From Puia sp. (GTDB lineage Bacteria; Bacteroidota; Bacteroidia; Chitinophagales; Chitinophagaceae), in the NCBI GenBank assembly GCA_965214315.1, contig CBDCBP010000007.1, forward strand, positions 101,877-165,876: a stretch of DNA of 64,000 bases. Direction: 5' to 3'. Shown here piece after piece: positions 10,338 through 18,799 of the stretch. Numbering within the stretch: position 1 is the first letter of the stretch; the number at the start of each line of letters is the position of its first letter. The position numbers and the translations under genes were made by a program. The notes below the pieces were generated by a model that saw only the letters and a program-made list of their open reading frames with translations, was not told where the DNA came from and made no database searches.

Positions 10338-11271
10338 TTAGCTTTTTAAAATACCATCCAGTACGTCCTGATCCGTTAGACCTCTGGATTGTTCGTTTTC
10401 GTGAAAATATATATTTTCTTCTTTCTTAACTATTGCCTCCCATTTATTTTGGGGAAATAAAGGTCCAACTTTAACTGTATAATTGCACAATTTCATAGGC
10501 GAATACCGGGCCCCAAAAATTAGCAGGAGGTTGAATTCATAACCAAATTGATGAAGATGATCCCTATTGAGAATAATATCAAAAGAATGATGAATGTAAT
10601 TGCCGTAGTAAATCACATCAGCAATTTGCCTCCGTATATAATCTGATCCCGTCTCAATACTTCCATTCATCTGGTTGAAGGGGATATTTACATCCAAAAT
10701 CAACCCCTGTGAGGTGATTGCTCTAAAATGAACATTCAAATCATTCTGAAATCTAGAAAGGTTTCTGAAAATTATCGAGCAGCTTAAGCGGCTATGCTTA
10801 ATAGTAGAACTTTCCTGGCGATATCCCTCAATCTTCAAGTACGCCTCCAATTTAGGGAATTTTACTTTTTTAAATAGAGCCTCTATATAGTGATGCGGCG
10901 CCGCCGCAGTTTGTCCATCCATACGCGTATGGTATATATTTTCAAATTGATGCGGCGCATATTCACTGGTAGGAACTTCCAAAAGGTACCAGTATTTGCC
11001 TTGATCTTCTAATCGGTTAAACAGTATGCCTCTAGGGCTAGGTATTATGCGATTTGCTATTTTTGATATAAATGAGTCTTTCTCATACCTCTCAGCAACA
11101 GAAGTCAATGCCCCTTGGTAGACTTTTTCTTTCGCCCCCGGCAACTTTATGCCTTCTGGTGCGCCCCATACCAACAAGCCGCCTTCAGAGTTAAGAAATC
11201 CACAGATCGCTCGAAGCACCTTTTTCTTCTTCTGCCTTTGCGCCTGTGCCTAACGAACTAGGATAAGATTT
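10338..11271 (-). pseudogene. Schlafen/AlbA_2-domain protein, N-terminally truncated with an apparent frameshift
   Basis: AICGFLNSEGGLLVWGAP...HQFENIYHTRMDGQTAAAPHHYIEALF is AlbA_2-like. The expected upstream KSY segment (KSYPSSLGTGAKAEEEK) sits in another frame at about 11221-11271. An alternative GTG start at 11219 gives 293 aa. Confidence 0.65.
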
Positions 11272-11642
11272 GTGATGTAAGTCTCGTTTTTTGTCCGTCC
11301 TTCTAATAATATTATAGATTGGTATTCTTCTTTTTGGAGAATATCAGTCTGGCTCTCGAAAAAATTGAACATATTTTCTATGGCCCCTTGATTAATCCTT
11401 ATATATTTATATCCAGGGCCAGTGGTTGCACGTGCATTTGTCGAAAAATCGGTTCTATAATAGACGTAACTCGAAGGAAATTTTAGTGCTGCTCCCTTTG
11501 TTTTTAGATGCAGATTAGCCAAATTGAATAATTCGTCATATACTTCCTGCAAACGGTCGTCACTGTAATCGTAAATTTCATCAGATTTGACAATGTTTTT
11601 GGCTACCATCTCAGCACCGTTTTCCAAATACTCGGCATTCAT
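11250..11642 (-). CDS. Hypothetical protein, probably the N-terminal fragment of a zinc-peptidase-like (U49/Lit-like) family
   Basis: This 130-aa ORF has an AT-rich start context. YVYYRTDFSTNARA...YIRINQGAIENMFNFF resembles the NA-x-A...IxIxxG segment that precedes HExxH in such proteins, but no HExxH is present and the ORF runs into AlbA_2 sequence. Confidence 0.4.
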   Translation of the reverse strand: MNAEYLENGAEMVAKNIVKSDEIYDYSDDRLQEVYDELFNLANLHLKTKGAALKFPSSYVYYRTDFSTNARATTGPGYKYIRINQGAIENMFNFFESQTDILQKEEYQSIILLEGRTKNETYITNLILVR

Positions 11643-11841
11643 AATATATAGTTTTGAGTTAATGCCAATCGATCTTATTCAGACAACTCACCACACGCTA
11701 TGGTCACTACTTTTGAGATTAGCAACCCAATTCCCACCACAAAGAGCACAACTAAAGGCAAATAAAAACACAAAAATCAACAACTTGGCACCGTGAAAAC
11801 ACCTGATTTTCAGCTTAAAACGCGCGAATTCGGCGGAGAGC

Positions 11842-13224
11842 CTACTTCCCAATACAAAACTTCGAAAAAATATAATCCAACCGCTCCTCCGAAGTAACTT
11901 CCCCCGTAATCTCCCCCAACCAATGCAAACAAACCCGAATATCCAACGACAAAAGATCCCCCGGCAATGACTCATCAAGCCCCCGCCGGATTGTCTCTAA
12001 CGCCGTCGCCACCTGCTGCAAAGCATGAAAGTGCCGCGCATTCGTAACGATCGTCCCTTCACCCGCAGCACCAGCCGAATTACCCGCCAGCACCTGGTCA
12101 ACGAGTCGCTGCCGAAGCACCTCAACACTTCGCGAATCCCGCGCCGAGATCAACAACTCTTGCGGAAACCGGGACCGCACCCAGGCCTCATCCAATCCAT
12201 CTATCTTATTGCCGACGAACAAAAACGGCTTGCCCCGGGCGACCAGTTGTTCCCGCGCAACAGCAACCGAAGCCAGCCTATCGTTCACGTCGAAAAGATA
12301 CACGATGATATCTGCCTGCTCCATTTTCTCCAAACTCTTGCCAACGCCTATTTGCTCTATCACATCGGAAGTATGTTCCCTGATCCCGGCAGTATCGATC
12401 AGCCGAAACAAAATACCGCCAATATTCAATATCTCCTCAATGGTATCCCGGGTTGTCCCGGCAATCTCTGAGACGATCGCACGCTCGTCATTCAGCAGCG
12501 TATTCAAAAGCGTGGATTTACCCGCATTAGGCTTGCCCACGATGGCTACCGATACGCCATTGCGGATCACATTCCCTAGCCGAAAAGAAGCCAACAACGC
12601 CGATGTCGTCGCAGTAGCTTCATTGATCAAAGCATGGAATTGCGTCCGATCGGCAAATTCCACATCCTCCTGGGAAAAATCAAGCTCAAGTTCGATCAGC
12701 GCGGAAAAACTCAAAAGCCTTTCCCGCAGTTCGCGCAAAGCCCGGGAAAAACCACCACGAATAGTATGAAGCGCAGTATGCGCGGAAGCAGCAGTATGCG
12801 AACCAATAAGGTCAGCCACGGCTTCAGCCTGGGCGAGGTCTAATTTGCCTTTCAAAAACGCACGCTGGGTAAACTCGCCCGCCCGCGCCAACCGGGTGCC
12901 CCGTTGAAGAAGCGCCCAGATAACACGTTCTTGCACATAAGGGCTGCCATGACAGGATATCTCGATGACGTCTTCCCCCGTATAACTGCGGGGCGCACGA
13001 AACAGAGACACGACAACTTCATCGAGTTCATCATCCCCATCCTTCAGTAATCCCACATGAAGGGTGTGACTCGCCTGAACCAAAAGATCTTTCCCCGGAA
13101 AAAGTCCACTAACAACCCCAAAAGCCAAGGGGCCGCTGACCCTGATCACGCCAATGGCGCCAATTCCCGGCGGTGTGGCAAGCGCCACGATCGTATCTTC
13201 CCACCCTGCTAATTTTCCTACCAT
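11842..13224 (-). CDS. mnmE: tRNA modification GTPase MnmE (TrmE)
   Basis: DTIVALATPPG, GEFTQRAFLKGKLDLAQAEAV, the P-loop GKPNAGKSTLLN, DTAGIR and the C-terminal FSKFCIGK are all present. Confidence 0.99.
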   Translation of the reverse strand: MVGKLAGWEDTIVALATPPGIGAIGVIRVSGPLAFGVVSGLFPGKDLLVQASHTLHVGLLKDGDDELDEVVVSLFRAPRSYTGEDVIEISCHGSPYVQERVIWALLQRGTRLARAGEFTQRAFLKGKLDLAQAEAVADLIGSHTAASAHTALHTIRGGFSRALRELRERLLSFSALIELELDFSQEDVEFADRTQFHALINEATATTSALLASFRLGNVIRNGVSVAIVGKPNAGKSTLLNTLLNDERAIVSEIAGTTRDTIEEILNIGGILFRLIDTAGIREHTSDVIEQIGVGKSLEKMEQADIIVYLFDVNDRLASVAVAREQLVARGKPFLFVGNKIDGLDEAWVRSRFPQELLISARDSRSVEVLRQRLVDQVLAGNSAGAAGEGTIVTNARHFHALQQVATALETIRRGLDESLPGDLLSLDIRVCLHWLGEITGEVTSEERLDYIFSKFCIGK

Positions 13225-13228
13225 GCCG

Positions 13229-13280
13229 CAAAGATAGGCCCCCCGGAAGCCATCTTCAAAATCGATTCACTGTAACTTTG
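13229..13280. promoter_or_regulatory. Divergent promoter pair (two -7 boxes)
   Basis: TATCTTTG on the minus strand (13236-13229) lies just before the mnmE ATG. TAACTTTG on the plus strand (13273-13280) lies before the ORF at 13297. Confidence 0.65.
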
Positions 13281-13296
13281 TCCAAAAGAAGCAAGC

Positions 13297-13605
13297 ATGG
13301 AACTGCAGCAAGCCAGGACCCAATTGACCGCCATCCGCGACAACCTGCCACCGGATTATTCGATCAGCGGCGCCCGGAAATTGATGTCGGCTTTCGAAAA
13401 TTATAAGCAGATCTCACGAGGATTAGGCCGTGACCTGGGCCGTCAAAAGCTAGGCATCCGCTCCGAATTCGACGATATCGAACAGAACATCAAATCCGCT
13501 ATAATAGGAACACCAAAGAAAGAAGCCGAATCCAGGTTCAGCCAGGCCAAAAAGCATATAACGGAGGACATCAACAAAATTATCGCAGCGGCTCTACAAG
13601 GATAG
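13297..13605 (+). CDS. Hypothetical 102-aa helical protein
   Basis: It fills the gap between mnmE and the next gene, has its own -7 box and looks amphipathic-helical. Confidence 0.7.
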   Translation: MELQQARTQLTAIRDNLPPDYSISGARKLMSAFENYKQISRGLGRDLGRQKLGIRSEFDDIEQNIKSAIIGTPKKEAESRFSQAKKHITEDINKIIAAALQG

Positions 13606-13612
13606 TCAGCAG

Positions 13613-15199
13613 CTATCTTATTAGTATCACAAGTCCTTTCCGCTCAACCAAGCGGCCTGTATAGTCAATGCCCGCGGCTACCCACACAAACGTTCCCGTT
13701 GGCAACGTATGCCCGCTCAAAGTTCCATCCCACCCGAATGAGGAATTAGTGGTAGTAAAAACCTGCTGCCCAAAACGGTCGTACACCGTAAAATACTTGA
13801 ATTGTGATATACCGATCGGAATAGCACGAAGCAGATCATTGTGTCCGTCATTGTTCGGCGTGAAGGCGTTGGGAACGAAGATATCCGTCTGCGAAGTAAA
13901 GGCCTTGATGGTCATGCTGTCTATCCCCTCGCAACCATCCGCCGCGGTGGCGGTCACGGTATAGGTGATGCTCTCATTTACGACAGCTGTTGGATCAGCG
14001 GTATTGGCATTGCTCAGTCCCGACGCCGGCGTCCAGACATATTGCGTAAAGCCGACGCCATCCACGTCGACGGCATTCAGTGGCACACGCTGCCCAACCA
14101 GTACACTTGTATCATCCCCCGCGGACACTTTTAAGGGTGGCACGACATTTACGATTACCGTTGCCGGCGACAACGACGTACAGCCATTCGCCCCGACAAC
14201 CGTCAATTGGTAGGTCACGCTGGAATGGGGGCTGACCATGATCGGATCCGGCTGTTCGGCATTACTAAGATAAGTGGAAGGCGACCATTGGTAGGTGGCG
14301 CCCCCGCTCCCCTGCAGTTCGACGGACTTCCCATAACAGGTCCCCACAGGCGACACCGCCGAGGCGACCGGCGCTGGTAGCACGGTGACGGTCACAGTAC
14401 CCGAGGCAGGACAGACACCCAGCGTGTCGGACAAATTGTAGGTAGTGGTGGAAGCAGGCGAAGCCACCGGGTCGAGGATAGTCGTATCGCTCAACCCCAT
14501 AGCGGGGGTCCAGGCAAAAATGGTAGCATTCGAGACCGGCTTCAGGTTTACGCTCGTGCCTTGGCAGATGGTCGTGTCATGGGGCATCGTTAACGAAAGA
14601 TCGATGCTCAGCGGAACGATGCCCGAGACCGAATCAATGCAATGGTAGACGTCCTGGGCGTAGACTTTATAAGGGCCGGCAGGCACACCGCTAAAAGATG
14701 GACTGCTGCCATACGCGCCACTGCCCAAAGCATAAGTAAGTGGCGGCTGGCCTCCGTAAATATAGGTAACCTGTATCGTGCCTTTACTCGCCTCGCAAAT
14801 TGAGGCAGTCGCACTGGCTGTTATCGAAGGACCCGAAGACGTATAGAGTGGAGCTGTCTTGGTTGCAGTTTGGTTCATCTGATCCGTAATGGTAAGTTGG
14901 TAGACACCTGCCGGAAGGCCAGTAAAGACCCCCGTGGAATCAGGGACGGCCCCAGTGGCCACACTAAAGATGGTGTAGATCAAAGGTAGAAAAACCGGAC
15001 CCGGACCCGTGGCAGCTGAAAAGCTAATTGCCCCATTAGCATTGCCGCAACTGCCCTGAGTGGTGTTGACATTTACTATCGCAAGATTCTGCCCATACCC
15101 GATCCCCGCGCTCAGCACTAGCAGTAGCACCACAAAATACGGCCGGATCGCTCTCAGGGACCGTTTTGATAGGATAGACGAAAAAGGGCGTTGCGACAT
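13613..15199 (-). CDS. Gliding-motility-associated C-terminal domain (T9SS type B CTD, CHU_C) protein with SprB/PKD-like repeats
   Basis: It has an N-terminal signal and repeated WTPAxGLS...PxAxP units. The C-terminus reads IFVPNAFTPNNDGHND...VYDRFGQQVF...GWDG...GTFVWV...KGLVILIR. Confidence 0.92.
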   Translation of the reverse strand: MSQRPFSSILSKRSLRAIRPYFVVLLLVLSAGIGYGQNLAIVNVNTTQGSCGNANGAISFSAATGPGPVFLPLIYTIFSVATGAVPDSTGVFTGLPAGVYQLTITDQMNQTATKTAPLYTSSGPSITASATASICEASKGTIQVTYIYGGQPPLTYALGSGAYGSSPSFSGVPAGPYKVYAQDVYHCIDSVSGIVPLSIDLSLTMPHDTTICQGTSVNLKPVSNATIFAWTPAMGLSDTTILDPVASPASTTTYNLSDTLGVCPASGTVTVTVLPAPVASAVSPVGTCYGKSVELQGSGGATYQWSPSTYLSNAEQPDPIMVSPHSSVTYQLTVVGANGCTSLSPATVIVNVVPPLKVSAGDDTSVLVGQRVPLNAVDVDGVGFTQYVWTPASGLSNANTADPTAVVNESITYTVTATAADGCEGIDSMTIKAFTSQTDIFVPNAFTPNNDGHNDLLRAIPIGISQFKYFTVYDRFGQQVFTTTNSSFGWDGTLSGHTLPTGTFVWVAAGIDYTGRLVERKGLVILIR

Positions 15200-15300
15200 G
15201 TAGGATATATCTGCGCTAAAATAGCACTAATCCCCCGTATACGCAACGCCCTTCCCCGATTCACCCATCCCCCAGGCATCCAACTCGCAGCCGCCCCACT

Positions 15301-16116
15301 CTAATCCGCAATCCTAAAGATCACCGGTTGTCGCTTATAACTCTTTACATTCCTCCCATTCTGCACCGCGGGTATCCATTTGCCACTCTTCCTGATCACC
15401 CGAACCGCCTCCTCCCGCAATCCATCTTGATCCGGCCCACTGAGCGCCTCCACATCACTCACATCCCCCTCTTTGTCGACAATAAAACGCACCATGACCG
15501 TTCCCTGAATATTGTCATTCTGAGCCGCATCGGGATACCGAAAATTCTTGTTTAGGAATCGCGCCCAGGCCGGCAAACCACCCGGATAGCTCGACTCGAT
15601 CTGAACTGTCGTATAAGGCGCATCATCCTCCTCCTTCGGCTTCTCCACCACGCCTCCTACGTTCGCCCCCAAAGGCGCAGGGGGCGGCACCACTCCATTA
15701 TCTTCCCCACCCGGAGTATTCACCGTCCCGATTTTCACCTTTTCCAGGTCATCGACAACAGGCGGCTTTTCGTCGTCAGGCGGATCCTTCACCAAAACCG
15801 GCGGCATAAAGATCTTCATCGCAACGGGCGGCGGGGCCTTCACAACAGGCGGCGGTAGCGGCGGCGCAACCGGCGGCGGATCAGGAACACTCACCAATGT
15901 CACCGAATCCGGCATCAGCGGCTTAACACCATGCGGACCCCGTCCACGCACAAACCCAAAACAAAACAACACCAACACAAACCCGCCGGTCGCCATCAAC
16001 GCTTTGCCCATTCGGTTATTATATGTCTTACGCAAAGTATACGCACCATATTCCTTATTGCGCCCATCGAACAAAATATCGAGGACATCAGCAGTCAAGA
16101 TCTTATTTGTTTCCAT
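15301..16116 (-). CDS. tonB: Energy transducer TonB (paralogue 2)
   Basis: The N-terminus is ILTADVLDILFDGRNKEYGAY, followed by a TM helix, a Pro-rich linker and a TonB_C domain (YPDAAQ...IQGTVMVRFIVDKEG...WIPAVQNGRNV). Confidence 0.93.
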   Translation of the reverse strand: METNKILTADVLDILFDGRNKEYGAYTLRKTYNNRMGKALMATGGFVLVLFCFGFVRGRGPHGVKPLMPDSVTLVSVPDPPPVAPPLPPPVVKAPPPVAMKIFMPPVLVKDPPDDEKPPVVDDLEKVKIGTVNTPGGEDNGVVPPPAPLGANVGGVVEKPKEEDDAPYTTVQIESSYPGGLPAWARFLNKNFRYPDAAQNDNIQGTVMVRFIVDKEGDVSDVEALSGPDQDGLREEAVRVIRKSGKWIPAVQNGRNVKSYKRQPVIFRIAD

Positions 16117-16348
16117 GTTAAATGTTTCCAGATAAGACGCCGATCGGGAACATTTCCATAACGCACTAGTATAAACGAAAACAGACTAGTCACCGCCTTC
16201 TTAATAAGACGCAACAATGCGGCAATTCCACAATTCAACCGATAAGAATTATGCACGTTATTTCATATTTAGAAGCAAAGGAACCGCAAATTAACGCAAA
16301 CCGAAAAAAAAGAACTACATTCATTCCAAAGAACCCCCGCCAAAACAG

Positions 16349-18739
16349 ATGCGTAAGCTTAACTTCCTCCTGCTGCTCCTGATTGCTCGACAACAAATAC
16401 ATGCACAATCCTTTTATCAGGAATACCACGAACCATTTCCCCTTGACATAAGCGCAAACGCCAACACGAACGGCAGCACAAACAGCAGCACAAACAGCAG
16501 CAAAAACGTCCGCAGCATCGCCATCTCCGCCGACGATGACATCTATATCGCCACCGAAACCGGCGTATACAGGAAACCAAAAGGATCAGCGACATGGACG
16601 GCCCTTCCCTTTAGCGATGTCGACGCCGGCCCCGCCTACGCCGTGGCAATAGCCCAAGACAGCGCGCTCTGGATAGGCAATTGGAAAGGCCTCTTTCAAT
16701 GGAAGAATGGGCAGCTCCGATCCGTAACAGGGCCTGACGGCCCCATCAGCGTACTCTGTCCGGAAGGTGAAGGCGGCTACGCGGCGGGTCCAAACGGCAT
16801 CTGGCGCTACAACGGCCAAACGGCCATCAAACAAGCCTACCCCGTCGCCCGCTCCGTTCGCTATGCCATCCCGGAGCGGGAGGGAGGACTATGGATCGCC
16901 AGCGATGTCGGCCTCTACCATGTCACCAAAGAGGGAACCAACTATTATTATAAGACCGATCTCCTGATCAGTGCCGCCCTGAAAGGGCTGGCCACCGACG
17001 CACAAGGCAACCTCTGGGCAGCCGGCCTGGGCGGCGTCAGCATAATAAATGAATACAGCAGCATACACAACAAAAATATCGGCGAAAAAAACATCGGCAA
17101 AAAAAGCACCAACATAAAAAGCATCAACATAAAAAACATCGGCATAATCGACAAAGGCAGCGCCACAACTCACCAAAACATCGCCACATTCAATCAAAAC
17201 ATAAGCATAAAAAAACAACTTCGCCCCGCAGACGGTTTACCTTCCGTCTTCGTCAACTGCGTGAAACGCTCCCCCGACAATAGTATGTGGGTAGGCACAA
17301 AAACAGGCATAGCCCGTTTCAACCCGGACGGCACCCATTCCCTTCGTTTCAGCAGAAGATGGCTGCTCGCCGATCAGGTGAACGACATCGCCTTCGACCA
17401 CGAAGGCAATGCGTGGATCGCTACCGCCGGCGGGGTCAGCGCCATAAAAAAGAAACGCATGACCCTCGCCGAAAAACAGCACTATTATTACGGCGTGTTG
17501 ATGCGCCGGCATATCCGAGAACCGTGGATCGCAGGCCAGTGCCATTTGCCTGTCGCCGGAGACACGACCCGCTGGCAACCCGAAGACGATGACAACGACG
17601 GCGAATATACCGGCAATTACCTCGCCATGGAGTCGTTTCGCTATGCTGCCACGAACGACCCCGACGCCAAAGAAAAAGCGAAAAAAGCCTTTCACTTCCT
17701 CAAACTCGAACAGGATATCACCGGTGGCGACGGCTATTTCGCCCGGACCATCGTTCCCATCCAATGGAAGGACAGCGTGCACGACAGCAACCGCACCTAC
17801 GATGCAAGACAACTTGCGGAAGAACAGGTCGATGATCCCCGGTTCAAACCGGTAAGCATCCGCTGGCATCCCTCGGCAGATGGAAAATGGCTCTGGAAAG
17901 GCGACGCTTCCAGCGACGAATGGTGCGGTCACATGATGGGCTATTTCTTTTATTACGAACTGGCAGCAGACGAAGCAGAAAGAGCACAACTCCGACAACA
18001 CGTAGCAAAACTAGTCGACCACCTCATCGCACATCGCTTCGACATGATGGACGTCGACGGTACCCATACCCGTTGGGGCGTATGGTCGCCGGAATTGTTG
18101 AACCATGATCCCGATTGGATGCCGGACCGCGCCGAAAACTCCATGGAACTCCTAGCCTTCCTCAAATTGGCCTATTATATGACCCACGATGAGCAATACC
18201 AGCAGCATTACCTCACCTTGATCCACAAAGAACACTATCTGGAAAACATGGCGGCCATTCCGGCGCAAAACCCGGCCTGGTTTATTTATTTTGACGTCAC
18301 CATGCAGGCATATCTGTATCCCATTCTCCTGCATTGCGAAAAAGACCCCAAACTAAAAGCTTTTTACGAAAATCACCTGGATGCCTTTATGGCCAGACGA
18401 AAGGCCGATCACAACCCACTCATCAATTTCCTGTATTGTTATGCGGGCAGCAAACGGATCGAGCAGCAGACCTCGCTGGATTTTCTAAAAGACACCCCAT
18501 TGGATCTGGTGGACTGGCACATCGATCACACCATACGTGAAGATGTGCAGTTGGTACGTACACCCATGCTTGACCAGATACAGGTCAGCCGGCTGCAGCC
18601 CCCGAGCACGCGGGCTACCGTGCGTTGGGACGCAAATCCCTGGGAAGCCGTCAGCGGTTCCCCGTACACTGAGAAGGAACCCGTATTCTGGCTCCTCCCC
18701 TATTGGATCGGCAGATACCTCAAAATGATCCCCCAATAA
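16349..18739 (+). CDS. Secreted protein with a Reg_prop-type beta-propeller and a C-terminal predicted (alpha/alpha) six-hairpin-like domain
   Basis: It has a signal peptide, repeated LWIG/LWIA/MWVG/AWIA blades and a C-terminal helical region with acidic motifs EDDDNDGEYTG and SSDEWCGH. There is no kinase domain. Confidence 0.75.
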   Translation: MRKLNFLLLLLIARQQIHAQSFYQEYHEPFPLDISANANTNGSTNSSTNSSKNVRSIAISADDDIYIATETGVYRKPKGSATWTALPFSDVDAGPAYAVAIAQDSALWIGNWKGLFQWKNGQLRSVTGPDGPISVLCPEGEGGYAAGPNGIWRYNGQTAIKQAYPVARSVRYAIPEREGGLWIASDVGLYHVTKEGTNYYYKTDLLISAALKGLATDAQGNLWAAGLGGVSIINEYSSIHNKNIGEKNIGKKSTNIKSINIKNIGIIDKGSATTHQNIATFNQNISIKKQLRPADGLPSVFVNCVKRSPDNSMWVGTKTGIARFNPDGTHSLRFSRRWLLADQVNDIAFDHEGNAWIATAGGVSAIKKKRMTLAEKQHYYYGVLMRRHIREPWIAGQCHLPVAGDTTRWQPEDDDNDGEYTGNYLAMESFRYAATNDPDAKEKAKKAFHFLKLEQDITGGDGYFARTIVPIQWKDSVHDSNRTYDARQLAEEQVDDPRFKPVSIRWHPSADGKWLWKGDASSDEWCGHMMGYFFYYELAADEAERAQLRQHVAKLVDHLIAHRFDMMDVDGTHTRWGVWSPELLNHDPDWMPDRAENSMELLAFLKLAYYMTHDEQYQQHYLTLIHKEHYLENMAAIPAQNPAWFIYFDVTMQAYLYPILLHCEKDPKLKAFYENHLDAFMARRKADHNPLINFLYCYAGSKRIEQQTSLDFLKDTPLDLVDWHIDHTIREDVQLVRTPMLDQIQVSRLQPPSTRATVRWDANPWEAVSGSPYTEKEPVFWLLPYWIGRYLKMIPQ
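16466..16513 (+). repeat. In-frame 12-bp tandem repeat (ACAAACAGCAGC-like, about 4 units)
   Basis: The units are acgaacggcagc, acaaacagcagc, acaaacagcagc and aaaaacgtccgc, encoding TNGSTNSSTNSSKNVR. Confidence 0.85.
17069..17158 (+). repeat. In-frame degenerate 15-bp tandem repeat (xxxAAAAACATCGGC-like, about 6 units)
   Basis: The units are aacaaaaatatcggc, gaaaaaaacatcggc, aaaaaaagcaccaac, ataaaaagcatcaac, ataaaaaacatcggc and ataatcgacaaaggc. Confidence 0.85.
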
Positions 18740-18780
18740 AAAAAGACCCTCCAACATCTATTAGACTCGGAGGGTCTTTA
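18738..18780. terminator. Bidirectional intrinsic terminator between convergent genes
   Basis: AAAGACCCTCC (18742-18752) pairs with GGAGGGTCTTT (18769-18779), with an A-tract on the left. Confidence 0.8.
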
Positions 18781-18799
18781 TCACTTTCCAAAAAATAAC

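Noticed and set aside
11643-11841. att site or integrase for the mnmE island
   Set aside because: I found no duplicate of the mnmE 3' end and no tyrosine or serine recombinase in the window. Any partner site would be outside the window or deleted.
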